This document shows, in pieces, positions 10,167 through 18,426 of a stretch of 64,000 nucleotides of DNA (position 1 is the stretch's first letter; each line of letters begins with the position of its first letter). The stretch lies in contig CAZMNX010000002.1 of the NCBI GenBank assembly GCA_964567825.1, positions 62,767 to 126,766 on the forward strand. The letters run 5' to 3'. The notes under the pieces are model-generated. The model had not been told where the DNA came from. It did no database searches and saw nothing but the letters and a program-made list of their open reading frames with translations. The translations under genes and the position numbers were made by a program. This stretch comes from an uncultured Candidatus Saccharibacteria bacterium (GTDB taxonomy: Bacteria > Patescibacteriota > Minisyncoccia > Phycocordibacterales > GWA1-40-21).

Positions 10167-10448
10167 CTAAATAGGCTTAATTTCTATCCCATAAATCCCA
10201 AATTTAGGGATGTTTTCTTTATACTCTTCAAAAACGGTATTGTATCTTTCAATAGCACCACTGATATCCAAGCCGGAGGACAAAGCATTCCTAGTTCCTT
10301 CCGCCTCTAACATAGATCTGACATCTGGGTAGTGCCTAACGCCTAAAATTTCCACTTTCATCACCTCATTTGTCGTCATGTTGGTAAAAGTAAAAGTGTC
10401 TCCTGATTTTAGATCAACATAAGGAGTTTTATCATAACTGGTCGGCAC
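10167..10448 (-). CDS. small ASCH-like domain protein (tentative)
   Basis: 93 aa; beta-rich sequence with EILGVRHYPDVRSMLEAEG block reminiscent of the ASCH/PUA-like fold; weak. Confidence 0.35.
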   Translation of the reverse strand: MPTSYDKTPYVDLKSGDTFTFTNMTTNEVMKVEILGVRHYPDVRSMLEAEGTRNALSSGLDISGAIERYNTVFEEYKENIPKFGIYGIEIKPI

Positions 10449-10518
10449 TCGAGTTTCTATCTTTTTTTTCCAGCTTTTATGGCTTTAAATGGCCTATCTA
10501 ATAAATTTAAGTTGTAGT

Positions 10519-10998
10519 TCATTTTATTTTACTTAAGATTAATTTGACAGTTTCCTCTGGTGTTTGGTCAGTGTTATCAATTATCTCTCCAAAACTTGGC
10601 TTATGAATGCCAGTATCGTAATGGTGCTGGATTCTCTGTCTTTCCCAGTCGGTTAATTCTCTAGTACCTCTATTTGTCAGAGTTTTTTCTAGCTTTGGTG
10701 CCAAAGTAAAGACATGCGTCTCAATATCCAGATCCTTTAGACCAGCAACAAAATAATCGTAATTCTTTTGAGACAGTGGGTATGGGACAATAACATTCAG
10801 ACCCCTAGCTATAAAATTTCTAATAGTTGTGAGGGCGTTTTCGAGGTTTAAGGGGATAGCTTCATCTATAGGCATCCACTCTATCATTTCGTGAAAGGCG
10901 TCTATCTCCATCAGTGCCGTTTTAGGCAATTCTTTTGCTAAGAGTTTTGCCACCGTGCTTTTACCAGAATTTATTGAGCCGTTTAAAAATATAATCAT
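10519..10998 (-). CDS. P-loop kinase-like ATPase (AAA_33 / TmrB-like)
   Basis: Walker A GSINSGKST at N-terminus; 159 aa, size and layout typical of small nucleotide/antibiotic kinases. Confidence 0.55.
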   Translation of the reverse strand: MIIFLNGSINSGKSTVAKLLAKELPKTALMEIDAFHEMIEWMPIDEAIPLNLENALTTIRNFIARGLNVIVPYPLSQKNYDYFVAGLKDLDIETHVFTLAPKLEKTLTNRGTRELTDWERQRIQHHYDTGIHKPSFGEIIDNTDQTPEETVKLILSKIK

Positions 10999-11002
10999 AT
11001 TA

Positions 11003-11749
11003 TTATTTTAATTTTTTTAATAATCTCAAACTTTGCCTAATAAATTCAGTAAAATCTTTTTTATTAACTACTAAATCTTCATAAAGATTTTCCAATAATT
11101 TTGATAAAAATTCACCATTTATTTTCAGCTCCTTGTGTTTGGGATAATAACCGTAATATTTTGGAATATTGAGGGCGTTTATTATTCTATCATCGCAAAG
11201 AATAATCACAGCTAACATCTCACTCAAAATCCATTCTTTATGTGGGCTTTCATATTTTTCTCTGCTTATCTCCGGAAATTCTTCTTTAAGCTTTTTGAAA
11301 AATAAAAAATGTGATATTTCATGAGCAATAGTTTTATTTGGATTTTTATGATCCGGTGGTATGGAGAAGCTCCAGTTATCAAGAAAACGTGGGCAGATTG
11401 GATTGATTGAAATATAAGCGGTGATTTCTTTTTCTAGATAATTTGTTTGAATTATCTCAAATAATTTTTCTAAAGTTTCTTTTTCTACTTTTTGCCAATT
11501 ATTTTTTACTAGTAATAGTCCTTCATTAATTTTAGAACCAAGTTCCTGTCTTATATTAGTAATTTCTTTCTTGATAGATTGTTTTCTCTTGTCCTCATTC
11601 TCCATTTTCTTAATTTCTAAAAACTGGGGGTATTTTTTAGTTATCACATCACTCCAATCTTCAGCCAAAAAGCCTAGCAACATTTCGGTTTCTAGATCTA
11701 GTGGCATTTGTTTGAAGATTACTTTTGGAAGAGTATTTTCTATCGTCAT
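11003..11749 (-). CDS. putative HExxH zinc metallopeptidase-like protein
   Basis: Single HEISH motif in 248-aa soluble protein; otherwise no clear family. Confidence 0.4.
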   Translation of the reverse strand: MTIENTLPKVIFKQMPLDLETEMLLGFLAEDWSDVITKKYPQFLEIKKMENEDKRKQSIKKEITNIRQELGSKINEGLLLVKNNWQKVEKETLEKLFEIIQTNYLEKEITAYISINPICPRFLDNWSFSIPPDHKNPNKTIAHEISHFLFFKKLKEEFPEISREKYESPHKEWILSEMLAVIILCDDRIINALNIPKYYGYYPKHKELKINGEFLSKLLENLYEDLVVNKKDFTEFIRQSLRLLKKLK

Positions 11750-11750
11750 A

Positions 11751-12374
11751 TTATTCTAATTCTTTTAAAAGTTTCAAAGATCTCTCCAAAAGATAATCTC
11801 CACCCTCACCCCAATCAAAGTATCTTTTGTAATTCTTTGGATCTATTAATTCTATCTTATTAATATCGCCATCCGGATCAGAGATAAAATCACCATATGG
11901 TTCAACTAGACAAAAAGATCTGGTTTGAGTGACGATACCTTGTGGTTCAGAAATTTGAATGAAACCAATAGGAATCTGTTTAATAACTTTCATATTTGTT
12001 TCTTCTTTTACCTCTCTTATAACAGCTTCTTCAATCGTTTCTCCAGCTTCAACTGCTCCGCCTGGTGGAGTCCAATAATTCTTCTTATCAGACCAGACGA
12101 CAACCATTTTTCCTTTATAAAAACAAAAAGCGTGAACACCTTGAACCTTAATATCTTTTAATTCCGAAAAATCATTACTGCCAGAATAGGTATAATCCAA
12201 CATTTGACCACTACGGTTTTTCAACTGAGATTTAAATGGTAATAATTTTTTGACTAGTTCCTGCCAATTTTCCACTCTGATAACTTTAGGTAAAAATTGA
12301 TTGAATTCTCGAACCTCTTTTTCCTCGGGTTGAAAGAGGAATAATTTCGAAACAGTTCCAATCATATAACTCAA
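11751..12374 (-). CDS. NUDIX hydrolase (C-terminal part of a disrupted HAD-NUDIX gene)
   Basis: Nudix box GGAVEAGETIEEAVIREVKEETNM; reading frame is open for ~105 codons upstream of the annotated ATG. Confidence 0.8.
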   Translation of the reverse strand: MSYMIGTVSKLFLFQPEEKEVREFNQFLPKVIRVENWQELVKKLLPFKSQLKNRSGQMLDYTYSGSNDFSELKDIKVQGVHAFCFYKGKMVVVWSDKKNYWTPPGGAVEAGETIEEAVIREVKEETNMKVIKQIPIGFIQISEPQGIVTQTRSFCLVEPYGDFISDPDGDINKIELIDPKNYKRYFDWGEGGDYLLERSLKLLKELE

Positions 12375-12731
12375 AACCTCTAACCGATCATCAACAAAAT
12401 AGGTAATATTATTTTCTCTGCAGATTTTCTCTTTCTCGCTTCGTTCTTGGCAGAAGAAGACATTTTCTGTTTTTATACCTATTTTGATATAAAAATCATT
12501 ATCATCAAGCCAAGCTAAAATCTTTTCTCTGGCCCAAGCGGTACATTTAGATATTAAAAAAATATCACCATGAAATTTCTCATCATTAAGTTTCCTTAAA
12601 CAATCAAAAACATCATCTGTCGCTGGAATGGTGGAATACCTTTCCTCTAATAATGTCTTATCTTCTTTATCTACTAAACGATGATTAATAATTACATTTC
12701 AAATATCTACACCTAAGGCTTCCTTTTTCAT
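12375..12731 (-). pseudogene. N-terminal HAD-like (NT5C-type deoxyribonucleotidase-like) segment in frame with the NUDIX ORF, interrupted by in-frame TGA at 12699-12701
   Basis: ATG at 12731, then MKKEALGVDI-TGA-NVIINHRLVDK... The stop sits at the second Asp position of a DxDxV HAD motif I. An ITYFVDD HAD motif IV-like block lies further on. There are no further stops until the NUDIX domain. Confidence 0.45.
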
Positions 12732-12895
12732 AAAGTTAAAGATAGCACAAGAAAAGACTTTTATAAATCCTAAAACACAAAAGCACCCAATTGGGTGCTT
12801 TTGTGTTTTGAATACCGCTCTCAGCGGGTATGCTTTCTCCGGTTAGACCTTGGGCTTCGTTCGACGCGACTCGTGCGCTCGAACCTCGCTCAAGT

Positions 12896-12969
12896 TGGCT
12901 GGGAGACTTGGAATCGAACCAAAATTAACGGCTTCAAAGGCCGCTGTCCTACCGTTAGACGATCTCCCA
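12896..12969 (-). tRNA. tRNA-Gln (anticodon TTG)
   Basis: Minus-strand cloverleaf: acceptor TGGGAGA/TCTCCCA, anticodon stem GCGGC/GCCGT with loop CTTTGAA, T-loop TTCGATT, encoded CCA. Confidence 0.8.
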
Positions 12970-13042
12970 ATAAATAGCGAAAAGCTGATAGCTTTGCTAT
13001 ATAAGCACTAGAATACGTTAAAAATTAGACTTTTTCAAGTGT

Positions 13043-13070
13043 TTGACAACTCAAATCTGCTTGCTATAAT
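13043..13070 (+). promoter_or_regulatory. near-consensus sigma70-type promoter TTGACA-N16-TATAAT (extended -10 TGcTATAAT) reading toward the 3' end of the MazF-like gene
   Basis: TTTGACAactcaaatctgcttgcTATAAT on plus strand; no plus-strand CDS downstream, only two hairpins. Confidence 0.45.
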
Positions 13071-13083
13071 CACAGTGATTATG

Positions 13084-13130
13084 GGCTTCGGCCTCCGAGA
13101 AATCCCGCTTTGGCGGGATTTCGTTGTTTA
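13084..13130. terminator. tandem hairpins (GGCTTCGGCC; AAATCCCGC-tttg-GCGGGATTT) between convergent units; likely bidirectional terminator
   Basis: Perfect 9-bp stem at 13100-13121 followed by cgTTgTTTaTaaT on plus strand and lying just 3' of the minus-strand MazF-like stop. Confidence 0.55.
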
Positions 13131-13526
13131 TAATATACCTCTAACCATATAAGCGATTTTTTCTAGTAGTGCTTGATAATCCCCTTCTTTAATTGTACCA
13201 ATCTTTCGAAATAATCTTTTTGAACTAACCGACTTGATTTGCGATAAGCAAGAATTATAGGTTTTATCATCTTCGCCATTAACATTAAAGTAATACTTAT
13301 TGTCTCTATCTTGAGTAGTAGTTGGAACAACCAGGGCCATGTATTTATTAAATTTCCTAACAATTATGACTGGTCGCAAGAATAACTCGTGTTTTCCATC
13401 AATCTCGACACCAATATTCGTACCGATAATACACCACCAAACTTCCCTTTCATAAAAAAGAACAATATCGTCAATTTGTTGAGTTTCCTTTTTCTTGTTA
13501 TTCCAGAGATCAAAATCTTTTTCCAT
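13128..13526 (-). CDS. PemK/MazF-family endoribonuclease toxin homolog (no adjacent antitoxin ORF seen)
   Basis: EREVWWCIIGTNIGVEIDGKHELFLRPVIIVRKFN...ALVVPTTTQ matches the MazF/PemK pattern (G..G.E..G..RP.lV...N...V.P.T.Q); only 66 nt separate it from dnaX. Confidence 0.75.
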   Translation of the reverse strand: MEKDFDLWNNKKKETQQIDDIVLFYEREVWWCIIGTNIGVEIDGKHELFLRPVIIVRKFNKYMALVVPTTTQDRDNKYYFNVNGEDDKTYNSCLSQIKSVSSKRLFRKIGTIKEGDYQALLEKIAYMVRGIL

Positions 13527-13592
13527 AGCGGCGGTATTCTAGCACGCAGGTAAAAAACCAAGATTTAGGGCTGTGTATAAATGAACCGAGGT

Positions 13593-14621
13593 TTAGCCTA
13601 GAATTTTAGTCAGTGCCAATTCCAGCACCAACTCAGGAATATACGCCTTGCTGACCATATCATAATACGAAAGCAAAAGAAGAAGACTGTCGGAGTTAAT
13701 CTTACTCCCCTTTTTGTCTGCCAAGGTTTTAAGGAAAGTGAAATCCGTGTCCGTCATCTCCTCTTTAAACTTTTCCTCCGAAGATTTCAAGTGGCGCATT
13801 AAAAGCACGGCGCGGATTTTAGCGAGGATTAATTTGAAATATAGTAATGTATCAATATTCGATTCTGAGGCTTCGGAAATGGCCTTGAGACCAAGTTCTA
13901 AATTATTTTCATCAATCGATTTTATAAAGCTATTCACCAATTCCGCCTTCGGCGCGCCAGTAACCAAAATCACCTCCTCGGCGGAGATTTTTTTATCTTT
14001 AGACGATCCGATAATCTTCTGCAAAATGCTTTGCGCATCACGGAAGGAACCATCGGCCAGTAAAGCAATGAGTTCGGCCGAAGCCGGTTCCAAAACGAAA
14101 CCCTCTTTTTTAGCAATAGCTAAAGCTACTTCTTTTAACACTTTTTGATTTGGTTTCTTGAAGGAAAAAGTTTGGCAACGAGAAATCACCGTCTCAGGAA
14201 TTTTGCTTTCTTCAGTTGTGGCCATAATGAAGACGACATGAGCGGGTGGCTCTTCCAGGGTTTTAAGTAAAGCATTCCAAGCCGATTTTGATAGCATATG
14301 GGCCTCATCTAAAATATAAACTTTGTATTTGGATTCAAACGGCAAAGTGTTTACCGATTCATTGAGCGCACGAATATCATCCACCCCGGTATTCGAGGCG
14401 GCATCGATTTCATTTATATCACTGGCGCTTGTTCCTATTTCATTTGCAAAAATGCGGGCCACGGAGGTTTTACCAGTTCCACGAGAACCGGAAAAAATAT
14501 AAGCATGAGCGATATTGCCCTGCTCAATCGAAGATTTTAAAACTTTAACAATATGATCCTGCCCCAAAACATCGGAGAATTTCTTGGGGCGATATTTACG
14601 ATACAAGGCTTGGTCGGACAT
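13593..14621 (-). CDS. dnaX: DNA polymerase III subunit gamma/tau (short form)
   Basis: YRPKKFSDVLGQ, AYIFSGSRGTGKTSVARIFA Walker A, ILDEAHMLS box; 342 aa. Confidence 0.85.
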   Translation of the reverse strand: MSDQALYRKYRPKKFSDVLGQDHIVKVLKSSIEQGNIAHAYIFSGSRGTGKTSVARIFANEIGTSASDINEIDAASNTGVDDIRALNESVNTLPFESKYKVYILDEAHMLSKSAWNALLKTLEEPPAHVVFIMATTEESKIPETVISRCQTFSFKKPNQKVLKEVALAIAKKEGFVLEPASAELIALLADGSFRDAQSILQKIIGSSKDKKISAEEVILVTGAPKAELVNSFIKSIDENNLELGLKAISEASESNIDTLLYFKLILAKIRAVLLMRHLKSSEEKFKEEMTDTDFTFLKTLADKKGSKINSDSLLLLLSYYDMVSKAYIPELVLELALTKILG

Positions 14622-14648
14622 GAAAGTAGTATAACAAAATTTTCATAT

Positions 14649-14692
14649 AAAAAAAGGTCGGCCCAACCTAGAGCAAGCTCACGGTTGGGCCG
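14649..14692 (-). terminator. rho-independent terminator (CGGCCCAACC...GGTTGGGCCG + T8 on minus strand)
   Basis: 10-bp perfect stem followed by TTTTTTTT, 30 nt upstream of the dnaX start codon. Confidence 0.65.
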
Positions 14693-14880
14693 ATGTACGT
14701 AACGACATCGTCGTCAGTCCAGATGGGCCGGTTCACGGCGTAACCCAGATTGAGATTCATGAGACGGTGTTCCGCATTGTGGTCGGATAACCGAGTCCTC
14801 GTCGTCGCTAGTACCACGAAAATGATCAACTGTTATTAGTTTATACCTATTGTATATAAATTGCAAATAAAAAGTAGGCT
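14693..14880 (-). ncRNA. candidate structured small RNA (GC-rich, ~60% GC, ends at the terminator above); identity unresolved, SRP/4.5S RNA considered because of the position upstream of dnaX
   Basis: ~190-nt GC-rich intergenic tract between dus stop (14882) and the terminator. It contains multiple internal complementary segments (cgtcgtc / gacgacg) and no RBS-preceded ORF. I could not locate the SRP domain IV GGAA/AGCAG motif by eye. Confidence 0.25.
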
Positions 14881-14881
14881 C

Positions 14882-15868
14882 CTATTTCTCAAGAGTTTTT
14901 AAATAATCCAAAGTAATCGACTCAATTTCTGCATAATTGTTAGCCTCCATTAGTTTAACCCGCAGCTCTTTTGCCCCCTCCCATCCACTAACGTAAGCTT
15001 TAAAATGTTTTTTCATCACCGCAAAATTTTTACTGCCCGTTAAAGTTTTTTCAAAAAGTTTGGCATGCTCCAGCATGATCTTCAATTTCTCGGCCACTGT
15101 TATTTCTTTTTGATCGGGATTAAATAACCACGGCTTACCAAACGCTCCCCGACCGATCATAATACCGTCACAACCAGTTTCTTCACACTTCCTCCTGCCG
15201 TCGTCAGTATCTTCGACATCCCCATTTCCAATAACTAAAATTTTTCTAATTCTTTCATCCGGAGAATTTTTTATTAAATCTACAACTTTCTTCACGTCTA
15301 CCCAATGCGCCGGCACGTCCGACATTTCTTTTTTAGTTCGGGCATGAATAGTTAGTGCCGAAATATCTTCCTTAATCAACTCTCCAATCCAATCCTCGAT
15401 TTCGATTTTACTAAAACCAATTCGCGTTTTAACTGACACAGGAATATCCTTGCCAGTAGATTTTACTCCCGCTAAAGCTGAACGAATTATTGAGCGAGCT
15501 AATTTAGGAGTCTTAATTAAAGCGGCGCCCGCCCCTTGCTTTAAAACACTTTTATCAGGGCAACCCATATTAATATCAATGCCGTCAAAACCCAGCTTGG
15601 CAATAAAGGCACAAGCTTTTTCAATATTTTCCGGATTAGCACTAAAAATCTGCGCCACAATTGGTCGTTCTTTCTCGGAATATCTAAGCATAGGCATTAA
15701 TTTTTCCTTACCACGTGAGCATAAGCCATCAGCCGAAACAAATTCCGTCCATAACACATCAGGCTTGCCGTATTTAGCAAACATTGCCCGAAAAGGTGCA
15801 TCCGTCACATCGGCCATCGGCGCTAAGCAGAAAAATGGTTTGTTTTTTAACTTGTGCCAAAAATTCAT
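14882..15868 (-). CDS. dus: tRNA-dihydrouridine synthase
   Basis: CLAPMADVTDAPFR and FMN-binding TIM-barrel motifs (GIDINMGCP, HARTKK). Confidence 0.85.
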   Translation of the reverse strand: MNFWHKLKNKPFFCLAPMADVTDAPFRAMFAKYGKPDVLWTEFVSADGLCSRGKEKLMPMLRYSEKERPIVAQIFSANPENIEKACAFIAKLGFDGIDINMGCPDKSVLKQGAGAALIKTPKLARSIIRSALAGVKSTGKDIPVSVKTRIGFSKIEIEDWIGELIKEDISALTIHARTKKEMSDVPAHWVDVKKVVDLIKNSPDERIRKILVIGNGDVEDTDDGRRKCEETGCDGIMIGRGAFGKPWLFNPDQKEITVAEKLKIMLEHAKLFEKTLTGSKNFAVMKKHFKAYVSGWEGAKELRVKLMEANNYAEIESITLDYLKTLEK

Positions 15869-15896
15869 TTATTCAACATATCATTACTTTTGATAT

Positions 15897-15925
15897 TTGA
15901 CAAGTCTACTGTAATCTGCTATACT
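15897..15925 (+). promoter_or_regulatory. sigma70-type promoter TTGACA-N17-TATACT for GC-rich cassette 1
   Basis: tTTGACAagtctactgtaatctgcTATACT, about 45 nt upstream of the SD-preceded GTG start. Confidence 0.55.
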
Positions 15926-15973
15926 ATCATTCTCGGTAAGAATTTCGAATAAGTTCATTGAAGGAGGCACAAC

Positions 15974-16180
15974 GTGACGAAGCTACATATAAACCCGATT
16001 CGGTTCGGGCGAGACGAAGATGGTTTCTACTGGGTTGGCGGGGTGGTTCTGGGCGTCGTCGCTCTGGCCATGGCGCTTGTCCTTGTATTGGTACCGGCAA
16101 TTCGGACCGACACAGCAATCGGTATCAACCTGCTGACCGGTGCACTCAGCGTCGCGATGTTCAACCTGGTCGGCACCTGA
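15974..16180 (+). CDS. small (68 aa) membrane protein, GC-rich cassette 1
   Basis: GAAGGAGG SD 6 nt before GTG; product MTKLHINPIRFGRDEDGFYWVGGVVLGVVALAMALVLVLVPAI... with 1-2 TM helices; ~62% GC against ~38% flanks; own terminator. Confidence 0.5.
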   Translation: MTKLHINPIRFGRDEDGFYWVGGVVLGVVALAMALVLVLVPAIRTDTAIGINLLTGALSVAMFNLVGT

Positions 16181-16201
16181 TGAAGGTGTGCGGCGACACG
16201 A

Positions 16202-16239
16202 AGGCGGGCTTCCAAACGGAGGCTCGCCTGTTCTTTTGC
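16202..16239 (+). terminator. intrinsic terminator (AGGCGGGC...GCTCGCCT + GTTCTTTTG)
   Basis: 8-bp stem (one mismatch) then U-rich tract directly after the stop of the 68-aa ORF. Confidence 0.6.
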
Positions 16240-16243
16240 CAAA

Positions 16244-17071
16244 TTATTTACCCTTCTTCCCTATTACAATCTTATCGCCAAAACGTAAGTCAATATAATT
16301 AATTTTATCAGCACCAGCAACTAAATCTAATTCCCCGGCTTTAATCGCGGTGAATAAATTTTGAAATGCCAAATCAAAAGCAACTTTACTATTAAAAATA
16401 ATGACCGGCCCCGACTCGAGATAGAAACGATAATCAAAGTTATCGAAAGACACGGCCAGCACACGCAAATTATTTCGATCTAGTAGATCAACTAAACCGT
16501 AAATCTGTTCGTAAGTATTTGTTTCCAGAAAAAAACTACCGATCGAGCTGGTGGCGGCCAGTGGCCCATAACCTCGAACAAAAATATTATTTGAAAAAGT
16601 TGAAGCCTCGTTATAAATATAACCGGTTTTATCTACCAAAAAACAAGTTTGTTCTTTTTCCTTATAATCATTACCGCACCAAACTGAATGAGGTCTTCGT
16701 TCAGTAATCTTGACCGTGATCTCTTGCCACTTGGTCCAAGAAATTTTTACGGTATTTATTGTTTTCAAATTATTTAGCAAATCAGCCTTGATTTGAAACC
16801 GAGGGAAAATCAGAAAATTACGTCGAGAAAAAAGCCCTAAATAACGCCCGGAAAGGTCCGCATTAACGAGCTCTAAAACTTCGGCATTAGAAACCGCAGC
16901 ATTACCGGAAATTTTTATATCTTTAATAACAATCTCATCCTGACCAGAGACAATCGCTAAACTAATTAAAATAATCAGCAGTAAAAATAGAACAATAACA
17001 AAACGAACCCAAAAAAGACGTCTCTTTTTTGCTCTCACTGTCGAAGGACCTAAATTAGGATTTCTTTTCAT
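16244..17071 (-). CDS. ftsQ: cell division protein FtsQ/DivIB-like (N-terminal TM + POTRA)
   Basis: Basic N-terminus, single TM (FVIVLFLLLIILISLAIV), then IKDIKISGNAAVSNAEVLELV POTRA-like block. Confidence 0.65.
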   Translation of the reverse strand: MKRNPNLGPSTVRAKKRRLFWVRFVIVLFLLLIILISLAIVSGQDEIVIKDIKISGNAAVSNAEVLELVNADLSGRYLGLFSRRNFLIFPRFQIKADLLNNLKTINTVKISWTKWQEITVKITERRPHSVWCGNDYKEKEQTCFLVDKTGYIYNEASTFSNNIFVRGYGPLAATSSIGSFFLETNTYEQIYGLVDLLDRNNLRVLAVSFDNFDYRFYLESGPVIIFNSKVAFDLAFQNLFTAIKAGELDLVAGADKINYIDLRFGDKIVIGKKGK

Positions 17072-18338
17072 TCACGATAACACTTTTACCCATATACTTT
17101 TGCAACACTTCTGGCACTTTAATCGAACCGTCGGCTTGCTGATAATTTTCTACCACCTGAATTAAAATTCTAGGAGTGGCCAGAGCGGTATTATTTAAGG
17201 AATGAGCGAAACGAGTTTTACCATCGGAATCTTTATAACGAATATTCAAACGGCGATTTTGAAAATCATGGAAATAAGAACAAGAATGAGTCTCTCGATA
17301 CTTCATCGCCGCTGGTGACCAGGTTTCAATATCATACTTTTTAACCTGACCCAAACCCAGATCTCCGCCACAGTTGACCACCACATGATAAGGTAATTTC
17401 AAGGCTCGCAAAATCTCTTCCGCATTTTCGCGTAATTCTTCATGATGACGAACGGAGGTTTCGTGATTAGCCTCACATAAAATCACCTGCTCAAACTTCA
17501 TAAATTCATGCACTCGATACAAACCCTTCACATCTTTACTGTGGCTACCTGCTTCGCGCCTAAAAGCCGGTGAAAAGGCAATAACTTTTTTCGGTAAATC
17601 TTTAGAATCTAGAGTTTTATCGGCAAAATAACTCATGGCGCTAACTTCGGCCGTACCAGCCAAATATTCTCCATCTTGAGTTTTATATAGATCATCCTCA
17701 CCTTGAGGCAAATAACCAGTACCGAGCAGGGTTTCGCGGCGAACAAGCGAAGGCACAATCATTGGTTGATAATCTTTTTTCTGCTCCCTAAAATATTCCA
17801 TCACAAATTGCCATAAAGCATATTCCAATAAGGCGCCGTCGTTTTTTAAGATATAGCCACGAAAACCAGCAATGCGAGTACCGGCCTCAAAATCTACCAT
17901 GTCTAAATCTTCCATTAATTTAATATGGTCTTTAACGGGAAAATCAAATTTAGGAATTTCGCCCCAAACACTGTATTCAACATTAGCCGAATCATCAGGA
18001 CCTTCCGGTACCGACATATCTGGCACGTTTGGCACCTGTAGCATCAGAGTTTGCCACTTCTTCATCACCTCTTTTAATTCCTCATCGCCTTTTTGCATGG
18101 CCTCCTTCACCGATTTCATCTCTGAAATTAGTTGGGATTTTTTGGTTTGATCAGCCTCCTTAACCACGCTTTCACTAAAACGATTCTGCTCCGCTCGTTT
18201 ATTTTCAATCAAACTAAGTAATTCTTTTCTTTTATCATCCACCCGTAGTAGTTCTTCAATATCCACAACCAGATTCTTCTTTTTGGCTCCGGCCTGAACG
18301 ATGTCCTTATTCTCTCTAATGAATTTTATATCTAACAT
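17055..18338 (-). CDS. serS: seryl-tRNA synthetase
   Basis: MLDIKFIRENKD start, coiled-coil N-domain, class II motifs (FRREAGSHSKD, GLYRVHEF, NTALATPR). Confidence 0.9.
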   Translation of the reverse strand: MLDIKFIRENKDIVQAGAKKKNLVVDIEELLRVDDKRKELLSLIENKRAEQNRFSESVVKEADQTKKSQLISEMKSVKEAMQKGDEELKEVMKKWQTLMLQVPNVPDMSVPEGPDDSANVEYSVWGEIPKFDFPVKDHIKLMEDLDMVDFEAGTRIAGFRGYILKNDGALLEYALWQFVMEYFREQKKDYQPMIVPSLVRRETLLGTGYLPQGEDDLYKTQDGEYLAGTAEVSAMSYFADKTLDSKDLPKKVIAFSPAFRREAGSHSKDVKGLYRVHEFMKFEQVILCEANHETSVRHHEELRENAEEILRALKLPYHVVVNCGGDLGLGQVKKYDIETWSPAAMKYRETHSCSYFHDFQNRRLNIRYKDSDGKTRFAHSLNNTALATPRILIQVVENYQQADGSIKVPEVLQKYMGKSVIVNEKKS

Positions 18339-18426
18339 GTTAAAAAATTAAGTTAAAAAATGGGTCTGATTTATCCACATTTATATTGGTTTTAATGATA
18401 ACAATTAATGCTAGGATTCACAAGTT

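Noticed and set aside
12699-12701. In-frame TGA read as evidence of UGA recoding (genetic code 25/4)
   Set aside because: Every other long gene (topA, clpB, smc, rnr, serS, etc.) is intact under the standard code, and GC-rich cassette genes terminate with TGA. This is a single local disruption, not genome-wide reassignment.
12795-12977. 60-aa plus-strand ORF
   Set aside because: It lies entirely over tRNA-Gln(TTG) on the opposite strand. The GC-rich tRNA sequence creates the open frame.
13163-13561. Two ~65-aa minus-strand ORFs (13163-13363, 13364-13561) as a possible MazE-type antitoxin
   Set aside because: Both are out-of-frame overlaps of the MazF-like gene body without start signals. 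They are not independent genes.
14693-14880. Confident assignment of the pre-dnaX GC-rich RNA as SRP/4.5S RNA
   Set aside because: Synteny is suggestive, but I could not find the conserved domain IV GNRA tetraloop with the flanking AGCAG/CAGG symmetric loop by inspection. It is left as an unassigned ncRNA candidate.
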